DNA from: a virus
Length of the DNA stretch: 64,000 bases
Direction: 5' to 3' (one strand)
IMG/VR virus record: IMGVR_UViG_3300006802_000073
Span: 85,081 to 149,080 of that record
The position numbers were made by a program, and so were the translations under genes. Positions 1 to 7,739 of this stretch are shown in pieces (positions within the stretch are counted from its first letter, which is position 1; each line of letters starts with the position of its first letter). The notes below the pieces were generated by a model. The model was not told the origin of the DNA. It searched no databases and saw nothing but the letters and a program-made list of their open reading frames with translations.

Positions 1-69
1 TCTGCCTGGATTTGAACCAGGACCTCTACGTCCCAAACGTAGAACGCTACCGGATTACGCCACAGAGAG
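1..69 (-). tRNA. tRNA-Pro(UGG), 3' end cut by window edge
   Basis: Reverse complement CTCTCTGTGGCGTAATCCGGTAGCGTTCTACGTTTGGGACGTAGAGGTCCTGGTTCAAATCCAGGCAGA: anticodon arm CTACG-TT-TGG-GA-CGTAG, T-loop GGTTCAAATCC. Confidence 0.9.
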
Positions 70-89
70 TTTTCTGAGTTATCGAGTAT

Positions 90-345
90 AAGTGCTTCTT
101 TCCCGCGGCGGTAACTATAGCGCATCAGAAACCGCGTAGTCGCAATCCCATCACGCACGCCCCATCCGCTTCACGACCGGGAAAGATTTTCGCATTGCCA
201 GCGTCAGTTAGGTTGGACTGCGGTTTTCACCGGAGCAGATTCTCCATTCCCATTACTAGGAGTAGGCACTTGCTCAAACCACCCGTAGGTATCATCCTAC
301 TTCTCATCGTGCGGGTCACACTAGCTGTTGATTAGACAGCACGTT
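90..345 (-). ncRNA. Putative structured non-coding RNA (~250 nt) in the tRNA cluster, family unassigned
   Basis: GC-rich island in an AT-rich genome with no long ORF; many stems (97-105/178-186, 233-237/271-275, 281-285/312-316, 285-300, 324-340); GAAA and GUAA tetraloops on the minus strand. Confidence 0.6.
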
Positions 346-359
346 CGTCTATAACAATT

Positions 360-482
360 CTATTTCCAAAAGAATCCTATAATAAATCCTGTTATTTTTA
401 ATAACTTTCTTTTAATCTTACGTCTAAATAATGATCCTAAATCTCTACTACGTTGAAATTCTTTTCTTAATAAACTATTCAT
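360..482 (-). CDS. Small basic hypothetical protein (40 aa)
   Basis: Manually read ORF MNSLLRKEFQRSRDLGSLFRRKIKRKLLKITGFIIGFFWK*, below the ORF-track cutoff; fills the gap between RNA genes. Confidence 0.35.
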   Translation of the reverse strand: MNSLLRKEFQRSRDLGSLFRRKIKRKLLKITGFIIGFFWK

Positions 483-499
483 ATATTCAAATAAAATTT

Positions 500-535
500 T
501 GGTGGGTTCACTTGGGATTGAACCAGTGACCCAGT
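500..535 (-). pseudogene. Isolated tRNA 3' half (T-arm, acceptor strand, CCA)
   Basis: Minus strand GGTCACTGGTTCAATCCCAAGTGAACCCACCA; imperfect T-stem. Confidence 0.55.
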
Positions 536-549
536 TGAACCTTCTTTAC

Positions 550-626
550 TGGTGCCCCGTCAGAGACTTGAACTCTGCCTTATCCGTTATGAGCGGATTA
601 CTCTCGACCAGGTGAGTTACCAGGGC
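550..626 (-). tRNA. tRNA with CAU anticodon (Met or Ile2)
   Basis: GCCCTGG...ATCCG-CT-CAT-AA-CGGAT...CAGAG-TTCAAGT-CTCTG-ACGGGGC-ACCA; encoded CCA. Confidence 0.85.
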
Positions 627-641
627 ATTATTTTTAATTCT

Positions 642-675
642 TGAGTCCGCTGCTTTACCATTAAGCTATAGACCC
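642..675 (-). pseudogene. Isolated tRNA 5' half ending in the anticodon loop (Ile2/Met-like)
   Basis: GGGTCTATAGCTTAATGGTAAAGCAGCGGACTCA: acceptor strand, D-arm, anticodon 5' stem and CT-CA, then AT-rich sequence. Confidence 0.55.
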
Positions 676-684
676 GATAAATCT

Positions 685-714
685 ATTATAACAGAATTTT
701 CTTAGCTTTGTCAA
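685..714 (-). promoter_or_regulatory. sigma70-type promoter upstream of the tRNA/ncRNA block
   Basis: TTGACA-N18-TATAAT with extended TGn. Confidence 0.55.
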
Positions 715-1021
715 GTGTTATCTTTAAGTTATAATCTTTTACAAGATACTTTGCAAAAAGAGTTCTTCTATTAGCAGGGCAATGTTTTAATTGTTCTTTA
801 TATGCTTCTACTTCACAATTAAGTCTATACTTTTCACTAAAAAGATACATAATACCATGAAAAAGAGGATTTTTCCACCATTGCTTAACATGAATCTTTT
901 CATGCTCTAATAGTCCAATGTCATCTTTATATTCTGGACGAATGAAGATAAAAGGTCCTCTTGTAGTACCAGCAGAATTTTTCAAAACAAATAAATTTGT
1001 GTAAAAAACTTTATAAAACAC
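686..1021 (-). CDS. Hypothetical protein, possible HEXXH zinc metallopeptidase-like
   Basis: LLEHEKIH motif followed by downstream E-x-EAY. Confidence 0.55.
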   Translation of the reverse strand: MFYKVFYTNLFVLKNSAGTTRGPFIFIRPEYKDDIGLLEHEKIHVKQWWKNPLFHGIMYLFSEKYRLNCEVEAYKEQLKHCPANRRTLFAKYLVKDYNLKITLDKAKKILL

Positions 1022-1036
1022 AATTAATCTCCTTGT

Positions 1037-1600
1037 TTAAAATAATGTTTCTTCTCTATTAAAAAATGTTGGTGAACGTACAAATTTAAATGTTTCTACA
1101 GATTCACTAAATTCAAAAGATCTATGCCCCCTCATTGCAGTATGAAATTCTCCTGCTCTATTAGCATGGAATGTTCCAACATCATGAATTTTATTCAATC
1201 CTGGAAATCCGTCTTTTCTTGTTCCATGCAACTTTGCGTTTAAATCTGTTGATGATTTATGAAGAATGGAATCTTGATTATAATGTTTTCCATGTTTTTT
1301 CAAAAAAGACAATAACTCCCCTTTATCATCACCTTTCTTACCGATAACTAGAAAAGAATCTTCATCTACTGCTTTTGCATTTTTGGTGCCATGGTTCTCT
1401 ATGTATCGACCTTTTACTTTAATAAAACCATAACCTGCTGTTTTTATATGATTTTCCAATTCTTTGTTATTAGATTGATTTTCTTTAGAAGTATTCTCAC
1501 CTCTATGTGCAGTTATCATACCTATATTTCTGTTTTTAACATGAGAATTTACACGAGATAAACTCGATTCATGTAAAAGATCTGCTACTTTTTTAGTCAT
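1037..1600 (-). CDS. Conserved phage hypothetical protein (DUF3293-like, tentative)
   Basis: 187 aa ORF with SD; ITA...N...N..L and Y-x-QDSIL patterns. Confidence 0.5.
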   Translation of the reverse strand: MTKKVADLLHESSLSRVNSHVKNRNIGMITAHRGENTSKENQSNNKELENHIKTAGYGFIKVKGRYIENHGTKNAKAVDEDSFLVIGKKGDDKGELLSFLKKHGKHYNQDSILHKSSTDLNAKLHGTRKDGFPGLNKIHDVGTFHANRAGEFHTAMRGHRSFEFSESVETFKFVRSPTFFNREETLF

Positions 1601-1616
1601 TTAAATTCCTTTAAAA

Positions 1617-1691
1617 TGGTGCTCCCAGACCGACTTGCACGATCCTCACTGGGTTACAAATCCAGGTCAGCGCTTTCTCTGAGTTAGGAGC
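1617..1691 (-). tRNA. Atypical tRNA-Thr(UGU)
   Basis: Acceptor GCTCCTA/TGGGAGC-ACCA with G1-C72 and C2-G71; 7-nt loop TT-TGT-AA; non-canonical T-loop TGCAAGT and D-arm. Confidence 0.65.
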
Positions 1692-1698
1692 TATATAT

Positions 1699-2124
1699 CT
1701 ATATATATTCGTAATTAACTGTTGTCTCATTATCTTTTAATAAAATAGCACCATTTCTTAAATGAAATCTCTTCGCCAGCTCAGTTTTTGGACTCAAAGT
1801 TACAAATCTATTCACCGATGGAAATTGTTCATGTATAAAGTTTATAGTTTCAAATAATAATTTCCTCGCAGCTCCCGGTACATAACTCCATATAGTATAA
1901 AATACTGCTGTAGTTTCTTCTTCATCCGCCTCTAATTCTTCTACAGTCACAGGAACATGATTCAATAAACTCACACATACTATAGCAGATGGGGTTTCTT
2001 CACCCAATACACATACAAATCTATGTTTACTTACTCTAAAATCTTTTGAAATTTCTGGGCGAACAGGATCATCTTTTATATATTCCATAAAAGGGTTTTC
2101 TATATTTTTAATAATAGTAATCAT
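1699..2124 (-). CDS. Hypothetical protein, possible GNAT-like fold
   Basis: AVFYTIWSY..GAARKLL and A.RFH..NGA patterns; late-promoter box upstream. Confidence 0.5.
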   Translation of the reverse strand: MITIIKNIENPFMEYIKDDPVRPEISKDFRVSKHRFVCVLGEETPSAIVCVSLLNHVPVTVEELEADEEETTAVFYTIWSYVPGAARKLLFETINFIHEQFPSVNRFVTLSPKTELAKRFHLRNGAILLKDNETTVNYEYI

Positions 2125-2129
2125 ACTAT

Positions 2130-2137
2130 TATTTATA
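2130..2137 (-). promoter_or_regulatory. T4-type late promoter TATAAATA
   Basis: Exact consensus just upstream of the start at 2124. Confidence 0.55.
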
Positions 2138-2141
2138 TTTT

Positions 2142-2708
2142 TTACGTACTTTTTTGTTTAGATCTTGAATAATCTGGTAAAAAATCTGAAAGAAATTTCA
2201 TCTGATCATGCAATATACTTCTATTCTGTAATATTAATCCTTCAGCTCTATCAGGAGTATATGGTATATATAATAATTGCATATTGCATTCTTCTAATAA
2301 CATATCATCTTTATAAGAATTGCATCGAGTACATGCAGTAACACAATTTGTCCAAGTATTAAGTCCACCTCTTGAAACCGGAACAATATGATCTTTTGTT
2401 AATCTGTTATCAGAATACTTTTTTCCGCAATAAGCACACAGATAAAGATCTCTTCTAAAAAGATTTCTATTACTTAATGTAGGAGTTCTACCTTTATAAT
2501 AAAAATTAGTTTTAAGTGCAATGATAGATGATATCTCAATTTTTGATTGAAGACCTGTTATTCTAGAAATTCCACCTCTAAACATAAAGTCTTTATCACC
2601 ATATTCCCATGCAATCAAACCTTTACATTTTAAAATAACTGCATCTTGCCATGGTAACCATGTATGAGGATATCCTCCTTTATTCAAAGCTAAAATGAGA
2701 TTTTGCAT
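2142..2708 (-). CDS. HNH endonuclease
   Basis: RD...CAYCG...TKDHIVPVSRGG..TWTNCVTACTRCN motif. Confidence 0.9.
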   Translation of the reverse strand: MQNLILALNKGGYPHTWLPWQDAVILKCKGLIAWEYGDKDFMFRGGISRITGLQSKIEISSIIALKTNFYYKGRTPTLSNRNLFRRDLYLCAYCGKKYSDNRLTKDHIVPVSRGGLNTWTNCVTACTRCNSYKDDMLLEECNMQLLYIPYTPDRAEGLILQNRSILHDQMKFLSDFLPDYSRSKQKST

Positions 2709-2726
2709 CTTCTTTTTCTATAAAAT

Positions 2727-2821
2727 TGGTCCTCCCAGTAGGATTCGAACCTACGACCTCACGCCTATCTAGCGCTAATACTGGGTATAAACCAGCTGCT
2801 CTACCGCTGAGCTATAGGAGG
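2727..2821 (-). tRNA. 95-nt tRNA-like RNA (UAU anticodon arm plus extra arm with GAU loop); Ile-like, atypical
   Basis: CCTCCTA/TGGGAGG-ACCA acceptor; canonical D-arm (TAGCTCAGCGGTAGAGC) and T-arm (GTAGGTTCGAATCCTAC); arms CTGG-TTTATAC-CCAG and GCGC-TAGATAG-GCGT. Confidence 0.7.
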
Positions 2822-2840
2822 GATTAATTAATTCTCTATC

Positions 2841-2868
2841 ATTATATATGATCTAGCAAAAATGTCAA
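2841..2868 (-). promoter_or_regulatory. sigma70-type promoter for the tRNA-like RNA/HNH unit
   Basis: TTGACA-N16-TATAAT. Confidence 0.6.
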
Positions 2869-2885
2869 GAACAAATTTAACTTTT

Positions 2886-2910
2886 TAAAACCCCCCTTTG
2901 CAGGGGGTTC
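2886..2910 (-). terminator. Intrinsic terminator after hsp20
   Basis: AACCCCCT-GCAA-AGGGGGGTT hairpin with T run. Confidence 0.7.
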
Positions 2911-2916
2911 TAGAAA

Positions 2917-3369
2917 TTATTCAGTTAAAAATTCTTTTACATTTTCCTGTTTTCCGATTGAAACTGTTCTACGTTTCTTTGTTTCGGGGAGTTTACGAAA
3001 GAGTTTAATTTCTAAAATACCATTTACAATATCTGCAGATTCAATCTCAACATAATCTGCTAATGTAAATTCTCGAGTGAAGTTTCTATTAGCAATACCT
3101 TTATAAACAAAGTTAGCTTCTTCTTGTTTACCGGTTCCGTTGACTGTTAACTTATTTTCGATAACTGTAATCTCAAGATCTTGAGAAGAAAATCCAGCAC
3201 ATGCGATCTCGATTACAAATGTATCTTCATTAAGTTTTTTGATATTGTATGGAGGATAAGATGAATTTTTTGAAAATTCTTCAGAAATTTTTGTTGCTGT
3301 ATTCAGAATATCATCAAAACCCACAAAATGTCGTGGAAAGATTGTTTCAAATTTCATTTCTTTAAACAT
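2917..3369 (-). CDS. hsp20: Small heat-shock protein (Hsp20/IbpA family)
   Basis: YPPYNI, IEIACAGF, GIANRNFTREF, NGILEI motifs; start at 3369 follows AAGGAG SD. Confidence 0.95.
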   Translation of the reverse strand: MFKEMKFETIFPRHFVGFDDILNTATKISEEFSKNSSYPPYNIKKLNEDTFVIEIACAGFSSQDLEITVIENKLTVNGTGKQEEANFVYKGIANRNFTREFTLADYVEIESADIVNGILEIKLFRKLPETKKRRTVSIGKQENVKEFLTE

Positions 3370-3398
3370 ATATGCTCTCCTTGTTATAAGCAAGATTT

Positions 3399-3430
3399 AA
3401 AAAAGTACCTACCCCGAAGGCATAGGTACT
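3399..3430 (-). terminator. Hairpin with C-UUCG-G loop and U-tract between regA and hsp20
   Basis: AGTACCTATGCC-TTCG-GGGTAGGTACT followed by T run. Confidence 0.5.
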
Positions 3431-3451
3431 ATTATTTATGACACAGAAATG

Positions 3452-3886
3452 TTATTTTTGTTTTACTTTTTTACCAAGATTGTACTTTTGGACACAATTC
3501 CATTCATTTTTTTCTTTAAATGAAAGAATTTTGATTTGAGCCAATGGTGCCACATCATTATAATCATCGGGATTAGTAATAGATAATAAAGCCCAATCTT
3601 GTAGTAATTTTGCTATTGTATTTCTTCTTTGTAAATCATTCTCTGAGATATCAGAGAATTTTCCATCTAAAGCGAATAGTTCCTTAAAATGTACTAAAAA
3701 GTATCTGCCCTGTTTATGTAAAATATGAACTGATTGATATAATGTTTTATCTTTCTTTGATGCCACACCGATTCTAGATAAAGTCTCTTTTACTTTTAAA
3801 AAATCATCAGGCTGTGCCAGTTTAATCTCTAGAGGCTTATATCCAGGTAGTTTGACGTTAAATGAAATATTAGTTGCTTCATTCAT
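3452..3886 (-). CDS. regA: RegA translational repressor
   Basis: DDFLKVKETLSRIGVAS...LYQSVHILHKQGRYFLVHFKELF signature. Confidence 0.97.
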   Translation of the reverse strand: MNEATNISFNVKLPGYKPLEIKLAQPDDFLKVKETLSRIGVASKKDKTLYQSVHILHKQGRYFLVHFKELFALDGKFSDISENDLQRRNTIAKLLQDWALLSITNPDDYNDVAPLAQIKILSFKEKNEWNCVQKYNLGKKVKQK

Positions 3887-4289
3887 TTTTTAATCCACCT
3901 TTTCTAAGTCGTTCCTTCATTAGTTTAATACAATCTGGCGAAAGAATAGAGCAAACCTGATGAGCCTTTTCAGTACTATACCCATAGTATGCTTTTATTA
4001 CTTCAATCGCTTCTACTTTTTCACCCTTTAGCCATTTATTATAACGCTTCTTGGGCTTAATTATATTTATAAGAAAATCATATTGAAGTTTTTTTGGCAA
4101 ATGTGGTCTAGAATTCATTTCATTACAACATATAACAGTATCAGCACCAAAACTTAAAGCTTTGTTAACAATAAATGGATTGTATTGTTTCTCGGCCCAT
4201 TCATCAATCATAAGATCTTCTTTAGAATGATGAATACTATTCACAAAATCAAAAGGTGATATAGAAGGGAGTTTATATTCCTCAGTCAT
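3879..4289 (-). CDS. 62: Clamp loader small subunit (gp62)
   Basis: YNPFIVNKALS...NEMN...QYDFL...YYGYS; lies between gp44 and regA. Confidence 0.92.
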   Translation of the reverse strand: MTEEYKLPSISPFDFVNSIHHSKEDLMIDEWAEKQYNPFIVNKALSFGADTVICCNEMNSRPHLPKKLQYDFLINIIKPKKRYNKWLKGEKVEAIEVIKAYYGYSTEKAHQVCSILSPDCIKLMKERLRKGGLKNE

Positions 4290-5239
4290 ACAGAACTCTT
4301 AACAGAACAAGAAGCCATAATCTCGGTTAAACATGCAACTAAATTGATCTCTTGATCAGCACAGAAAGCAGATTTATAACTATAATCAGCAATAATAAGA
4401 ACCAGTTGTGGTACTTTATCCACTTTACTAACAAGCTCATCATAAAGTTTTCTAAAAATACCTTGAGGATCGTTATCAATATTATTGACAACCCAGCTTC
4501 GCATCTTCTTCCAATCTTTTTCTTGCAAAGAACTAATAAGCTCCTTTGTATTCTGCTCTCCTACCTTGGATAAAATACCCTCATCTATATTACCCGAGAC
4601 AGAATATCTTTGTAATTCATTAATGATTCTTCGATAATCTGGAAAATATTTCATTAAAAGAGAAGCAAGAACTTTTTGATCAAACGGAATTTGTTCATTA
4701 TCTAAAATGAACTTTAACCGTTTCATGAACTGAGCTGCAATTCTCGGCTTATCATCTTTTGTAAGTTTAAATTCAAAAACTGCTGTTCTTGAATGTAAAG
4801 GTTGAATGATACGATTTTTGAAATTACATGTAAAGATAAATCTACAATTTTGTGAAAATTCCTCCATAAAAGCTCTAAGTGCGGGTTGTGTGGAATTGGG
4901 ATTTAAATAGTCTGCTTCATCTAAAATAATGACTTTTGTCTTACCTGAAAATGAAACTGTAGAGGCAAATTGTTTAATCTTTGTTCGTAGAACATCAATA
5001 CCAGATTCTTCTGAACCATTGATAATAATATAATCTGTTTCAAGTTCCTCACAAAGTGCTCTTGCAACTGTGGTTTTACCCATACCCGCTCCACCACAGA
5101 GCAACATATTTGGAATCTCACCCTTCTCAATAAAATTGGAGAAAGTATCAACCAATGCAGTAGGAAGAATACAATCTTTTAGAATTCTTGGACGATACTT
5201 CTCCACCCACAAAAACTGCTCATCACGAATTTCATGCAT
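4286..5239 (-). CDS. 44: Clamp loader large subunit (gp44)
   Basis: LWVEKYRP, Walker A GGAGMGKT, DEAD, SR motif. Confidence 0.97.
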   Translation of the reverse strand: MHEIRDEQFLWVEKYRPRILKDCILPTALVDTFSNFIEKGEIPNMLLCGGAGMGKTTVARALCEELETDYIIINGSEESGIDVLRTKIKQFASTVSFSGKTKVIILDEADYLNPNSTQPALRAFMEEFSQNCRFIFTCNFKNRIIQPLHSRTAVFEFKLTKDDKPRIAAQFMKRLKFILDNEQIPFDQKVLASLLMKYFPDYRRIINELQRYSVSGNIDEGILSKVGEQNTKELISSLQEKDWKKMRSWVVNNIDNDPQGIFRKLYDELVSKVDKVPQLVLIIADYSYKSAFCADQEINLVACLTEIMASCSVKSSV

Positions 5240-5256
5240 AAAATAAATCCTCCAAA

Positions 5257-5910
5257 TTACATCTTTGATGTAGGTTCTAGAGCAATCAAATATACCATAC
5301 TAGTATTCTTACTTGTAAACTCACTTGCGAGTTTCTTTGAAAGTTTAACTTCATAATCGTCGGGAATTAGTTTTAAATTTTCAGTAGCAATATCTGCACT
5401 AAATTCTTGATCAAATTCACCAATAATTCTATGAAAAGAATTTGATGTATCTACCTTCTTATCACCAATCTTCATTGTAACCTTTCCATTCTTTGAAACA
5501 ATAGAAAGATTTGGTGCTGCGAGAAGTCCAGCAACTTTAGTAATCGATTGAATATCTTTTGATGTTAATGTAAAAGTAAATAAAGGTTCAAGTTTTACTT
5601 CTTTATCTGGAGGAGATGCGATTGCAATGGAACAATAAAAATATTCAAACGATCCCATATCATTACTAATTGTAAGACTTTTATCTCCAAATTCAATTTC
5701 TTGATTCTCCGAAAACGAAAGAATCTGTAAAAGAGAATTAAGTTCATAGATAGAGAATTCTTTAGGAATTGTCTCTGCGATTTTAACTTTTGCTAGAATA
5801 GACTTTGCCGCATTCATAGTAGCAAGTGTATTCCCTTCTTTAAAAACAATATTTGGATTGATTGTAGCAAAATTCTTTAAAATTTGGATAGTTTCATTAC
5901 TAAATTTCAT
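5257..5910 (-). CDS. 45: Sliding clamp (gp45)
   Basis: MKFSNETIQILKNFATIN..., IYEL, C-terminal YLIALE. Confidence 0.95.
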   Translation of the reverse strand: MKFSNETIQILKNFATINPNIVFKEGNTLATMNAAKSILAKVKIAETIPKEFSIYELNSLLQILSFSENQEIEFGDKSLTISNDMGSFEYFYCSIAIASPPDKEVKLEPLFTFTLTSKDIQSITKVAGLLAAPNLSIVSKNGKVTMKIGDKKVDTSNSFHRIIGEFDQEFSADIATENLKLIPDDYEVKLSKKLASEFTSKNTSMVYLIALEPTSKM

Positions 5911-6209
5911 TGTGTAGTACCTTTCTCTTTTTTCAGTTCAACATCATGAGCATATAACAGTATAACAGCATAGTGGATAACTTTCAATATATCTTTACGA
6001 TTTTTTCCTTCCTTCTTTCCATATCTTTGAGCATATTTAATAATATTGCCGATAGTAAAACCTACTCCATGTCCATTGTCAATAATGAATTCTGTGGTCT
6101 GGATATTACCTTGTGCATAATGCTCAGTGTAAGTTTTATCAATATAGTCTTTAATCTCTTTTAAAAGTTCTCCTTCATTATATTTGTAATCAATTTCAAG
6201 TTCAAACAT
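5907..6209 (-). CDS. DUF3310-like (gp1.7/nucleotide kinase-like) protein
   Basis: HY...GF.IGNIIKYAQRYGKK...D.LK.IHY; start placed after GGAGA SD. Confidence 0.7.
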   Translation of the reverse strand: MFELEIDYKYNEGELLKEIKDYIDKTYTEHYAQGNIQTTEFIIDNGHGVGFTIGNIIKYAQRYGKKEGKNRKDILKVIHYAVILLYAHDVELKKEKGTTQ

Positions 6210-6927
6210 ATTTTCTCCAGGGAAAAGTTTCGCCATATTTTGCTTTCATTTGTTTATTACCATCTAAAAAGAAGGCGGATTGAACTGAATCCGCTCTATT
6301 ACCTGCACGATAATTGACAGTATAAAGTCCTGTTACATTACACTCAATTTTATTATTTCTAAGCATGAATGTCAATAGGCGATCTACCTCTGGTTGCTCT
6401 TGTGGATGCCTCGCTCTTCTATACCATAAAGGTGCTAACTGAATAGCAAGTATCTTAGGTAAAAAATAACAATTAACATCTACAAAATAATCACCAATGA
6501 CTGATTCCCAGTTACCCAAACTCTCACAATCATCATTACAGATGAAATTGCCTTCCATATCCGTAATCTTTCTAAGAGAACATGACCAAGTATTAGGTTT
6601 AGTACATTCAATCAAACTTTCTACATGGTTAGGTTCTAACCAATTATCCTCATCTAAATAGATAATATAATCACCCTTTGCAAGAAAAGTCCCTGCAGCA
6701 TACATTCGATGACCATTATAATTATCTGTACCTGTTGCATAAGGTAAAATGATTACATCTTGCGTTAGATCTAGATCAAAATCTGCTTTTGTTACATGAT
6801 GTTTACCATCTATAAAGATAAGATGTTGGATATTTTTATATGTTTGATTTTGAACTGATTCTAAGTTCTGTTTAAGATACTGAGAGCAAGTTGTTGCTGT
6901 AATGATAGTTACTTGTGGATTAGTCAT
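6202..6927 (-). CDS. Glycosyltransferase family 2
   Basis: SVQNQTY.NI.HLIFIDG; GDYIIYLDEDNW (DxD). Confidence 0.85.
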   Translation of the reverse strand: MTNPQVTIITATTCSQYLKQNLESVQNQTYKNIQHLIFIDGKHHVTKADFDLDLTQDVIILPYATGTDNYNGHRMYAAGTFLAKGDYIIYLDEDNWLEPNHVESLIECTKPNTWSCSLRKITDMEGNFICNDDCESLGNWESVIGDYFVDVNCYFLPKILAIQLAPLWYRRARHPQEQPEVDRLLTFMLRNNKIECNVTGLYTVNYRAGNRADSVQSAFFLDGNKQMKAKYGETFPWRKYV

Positions 6928-7735
6928 AATAAATCATCAATAGTTTCAAATAAAGTTTTAGAGGGAACAAAACCTAAAGATTTAAGTTTTGTTGTATCCA
7001 TATACATAGATTTAACTTGTACCTTGGCATGAAATTCTTTTTGTGGAATATGTTTCACTATGGAGGTACTTTTAGTTTTATCTATCACATAATCAATTAA
7101 CTCTTTAAAGAGATATGGTTCACCTGTTCCAATATTGTAAATCTCGTTCAAATTTCCTCTTTCGATTACTATATGTATTGCTCTTGCAATATCACTAACA
7201 TCCATATAATCTCGATAAAATCTTCCATAATCATAAAGTTCTATACTTCTATTATTCTTTAATTCTTCAATAAGATATTGGAATGCGTTTTTTTGTATAG
7301 ACACTTTATTATCATTTTTACCTAAAACATTACAAAGTCTCATTATTCTATACTTAATAGAAAATGTATTACAATAAGATTGTAATAGATCTTCCGCTGC
7401 TTTTTTAGTTATTGAATAAATCCTCGAGGATGACATTCACTATTTTCAGTAGCAGGTAAATCTGTATTACCATAAACAAACCAAGAACTTATAAAGTTTA
7501 TAGTAAAATCACTACCATATTTTTTTCTTCCATTCTCTAATACATCTATTAACACATTTAAATTTGTATTTATATCTAAATGTGGATCAGTGAATACATT
7601 GTAATTATGTATTGTACTAATCATATAAAGAATATCACTAGATCTAGGTATTAGATCATCTCTATCATTGATCGATACTTGATATCTATTTGCATATTCT
7701 TTTCCGATAAAGCCATTACCAAATAAGTTTATCAT
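6924..7735 (-). pseudogene. NAD-dependent epimerase/dehydratase split by a 1-nt frameshift near 7418
   Basis: N-part GNGFIG...FISSWFVYG...PRGF; C-part YSITK (YxxxK)...RLCNVLG; adding one T to GGATTTATTCA rejoins them as PRGFYSITK. Confidence 0.8.
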
Positions 7736-7739
7736 AAGA

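Noticed and set aside
90-345. Group I intron, RNase P RNA or tmRNA identity for the structured RNA
   Set aside because: It does not interrupt a gene, and I could not find the RNase P GAGGAAAGUCC motif or tmRNA tRNA-like ends
1617-1691. Reading this tRNA as Tyr(GUA)
   Set aside because: The symmetric 7-nt loop centres on TGT, there is no long variable arm, and G1-C72/C2-G71 fit Thr
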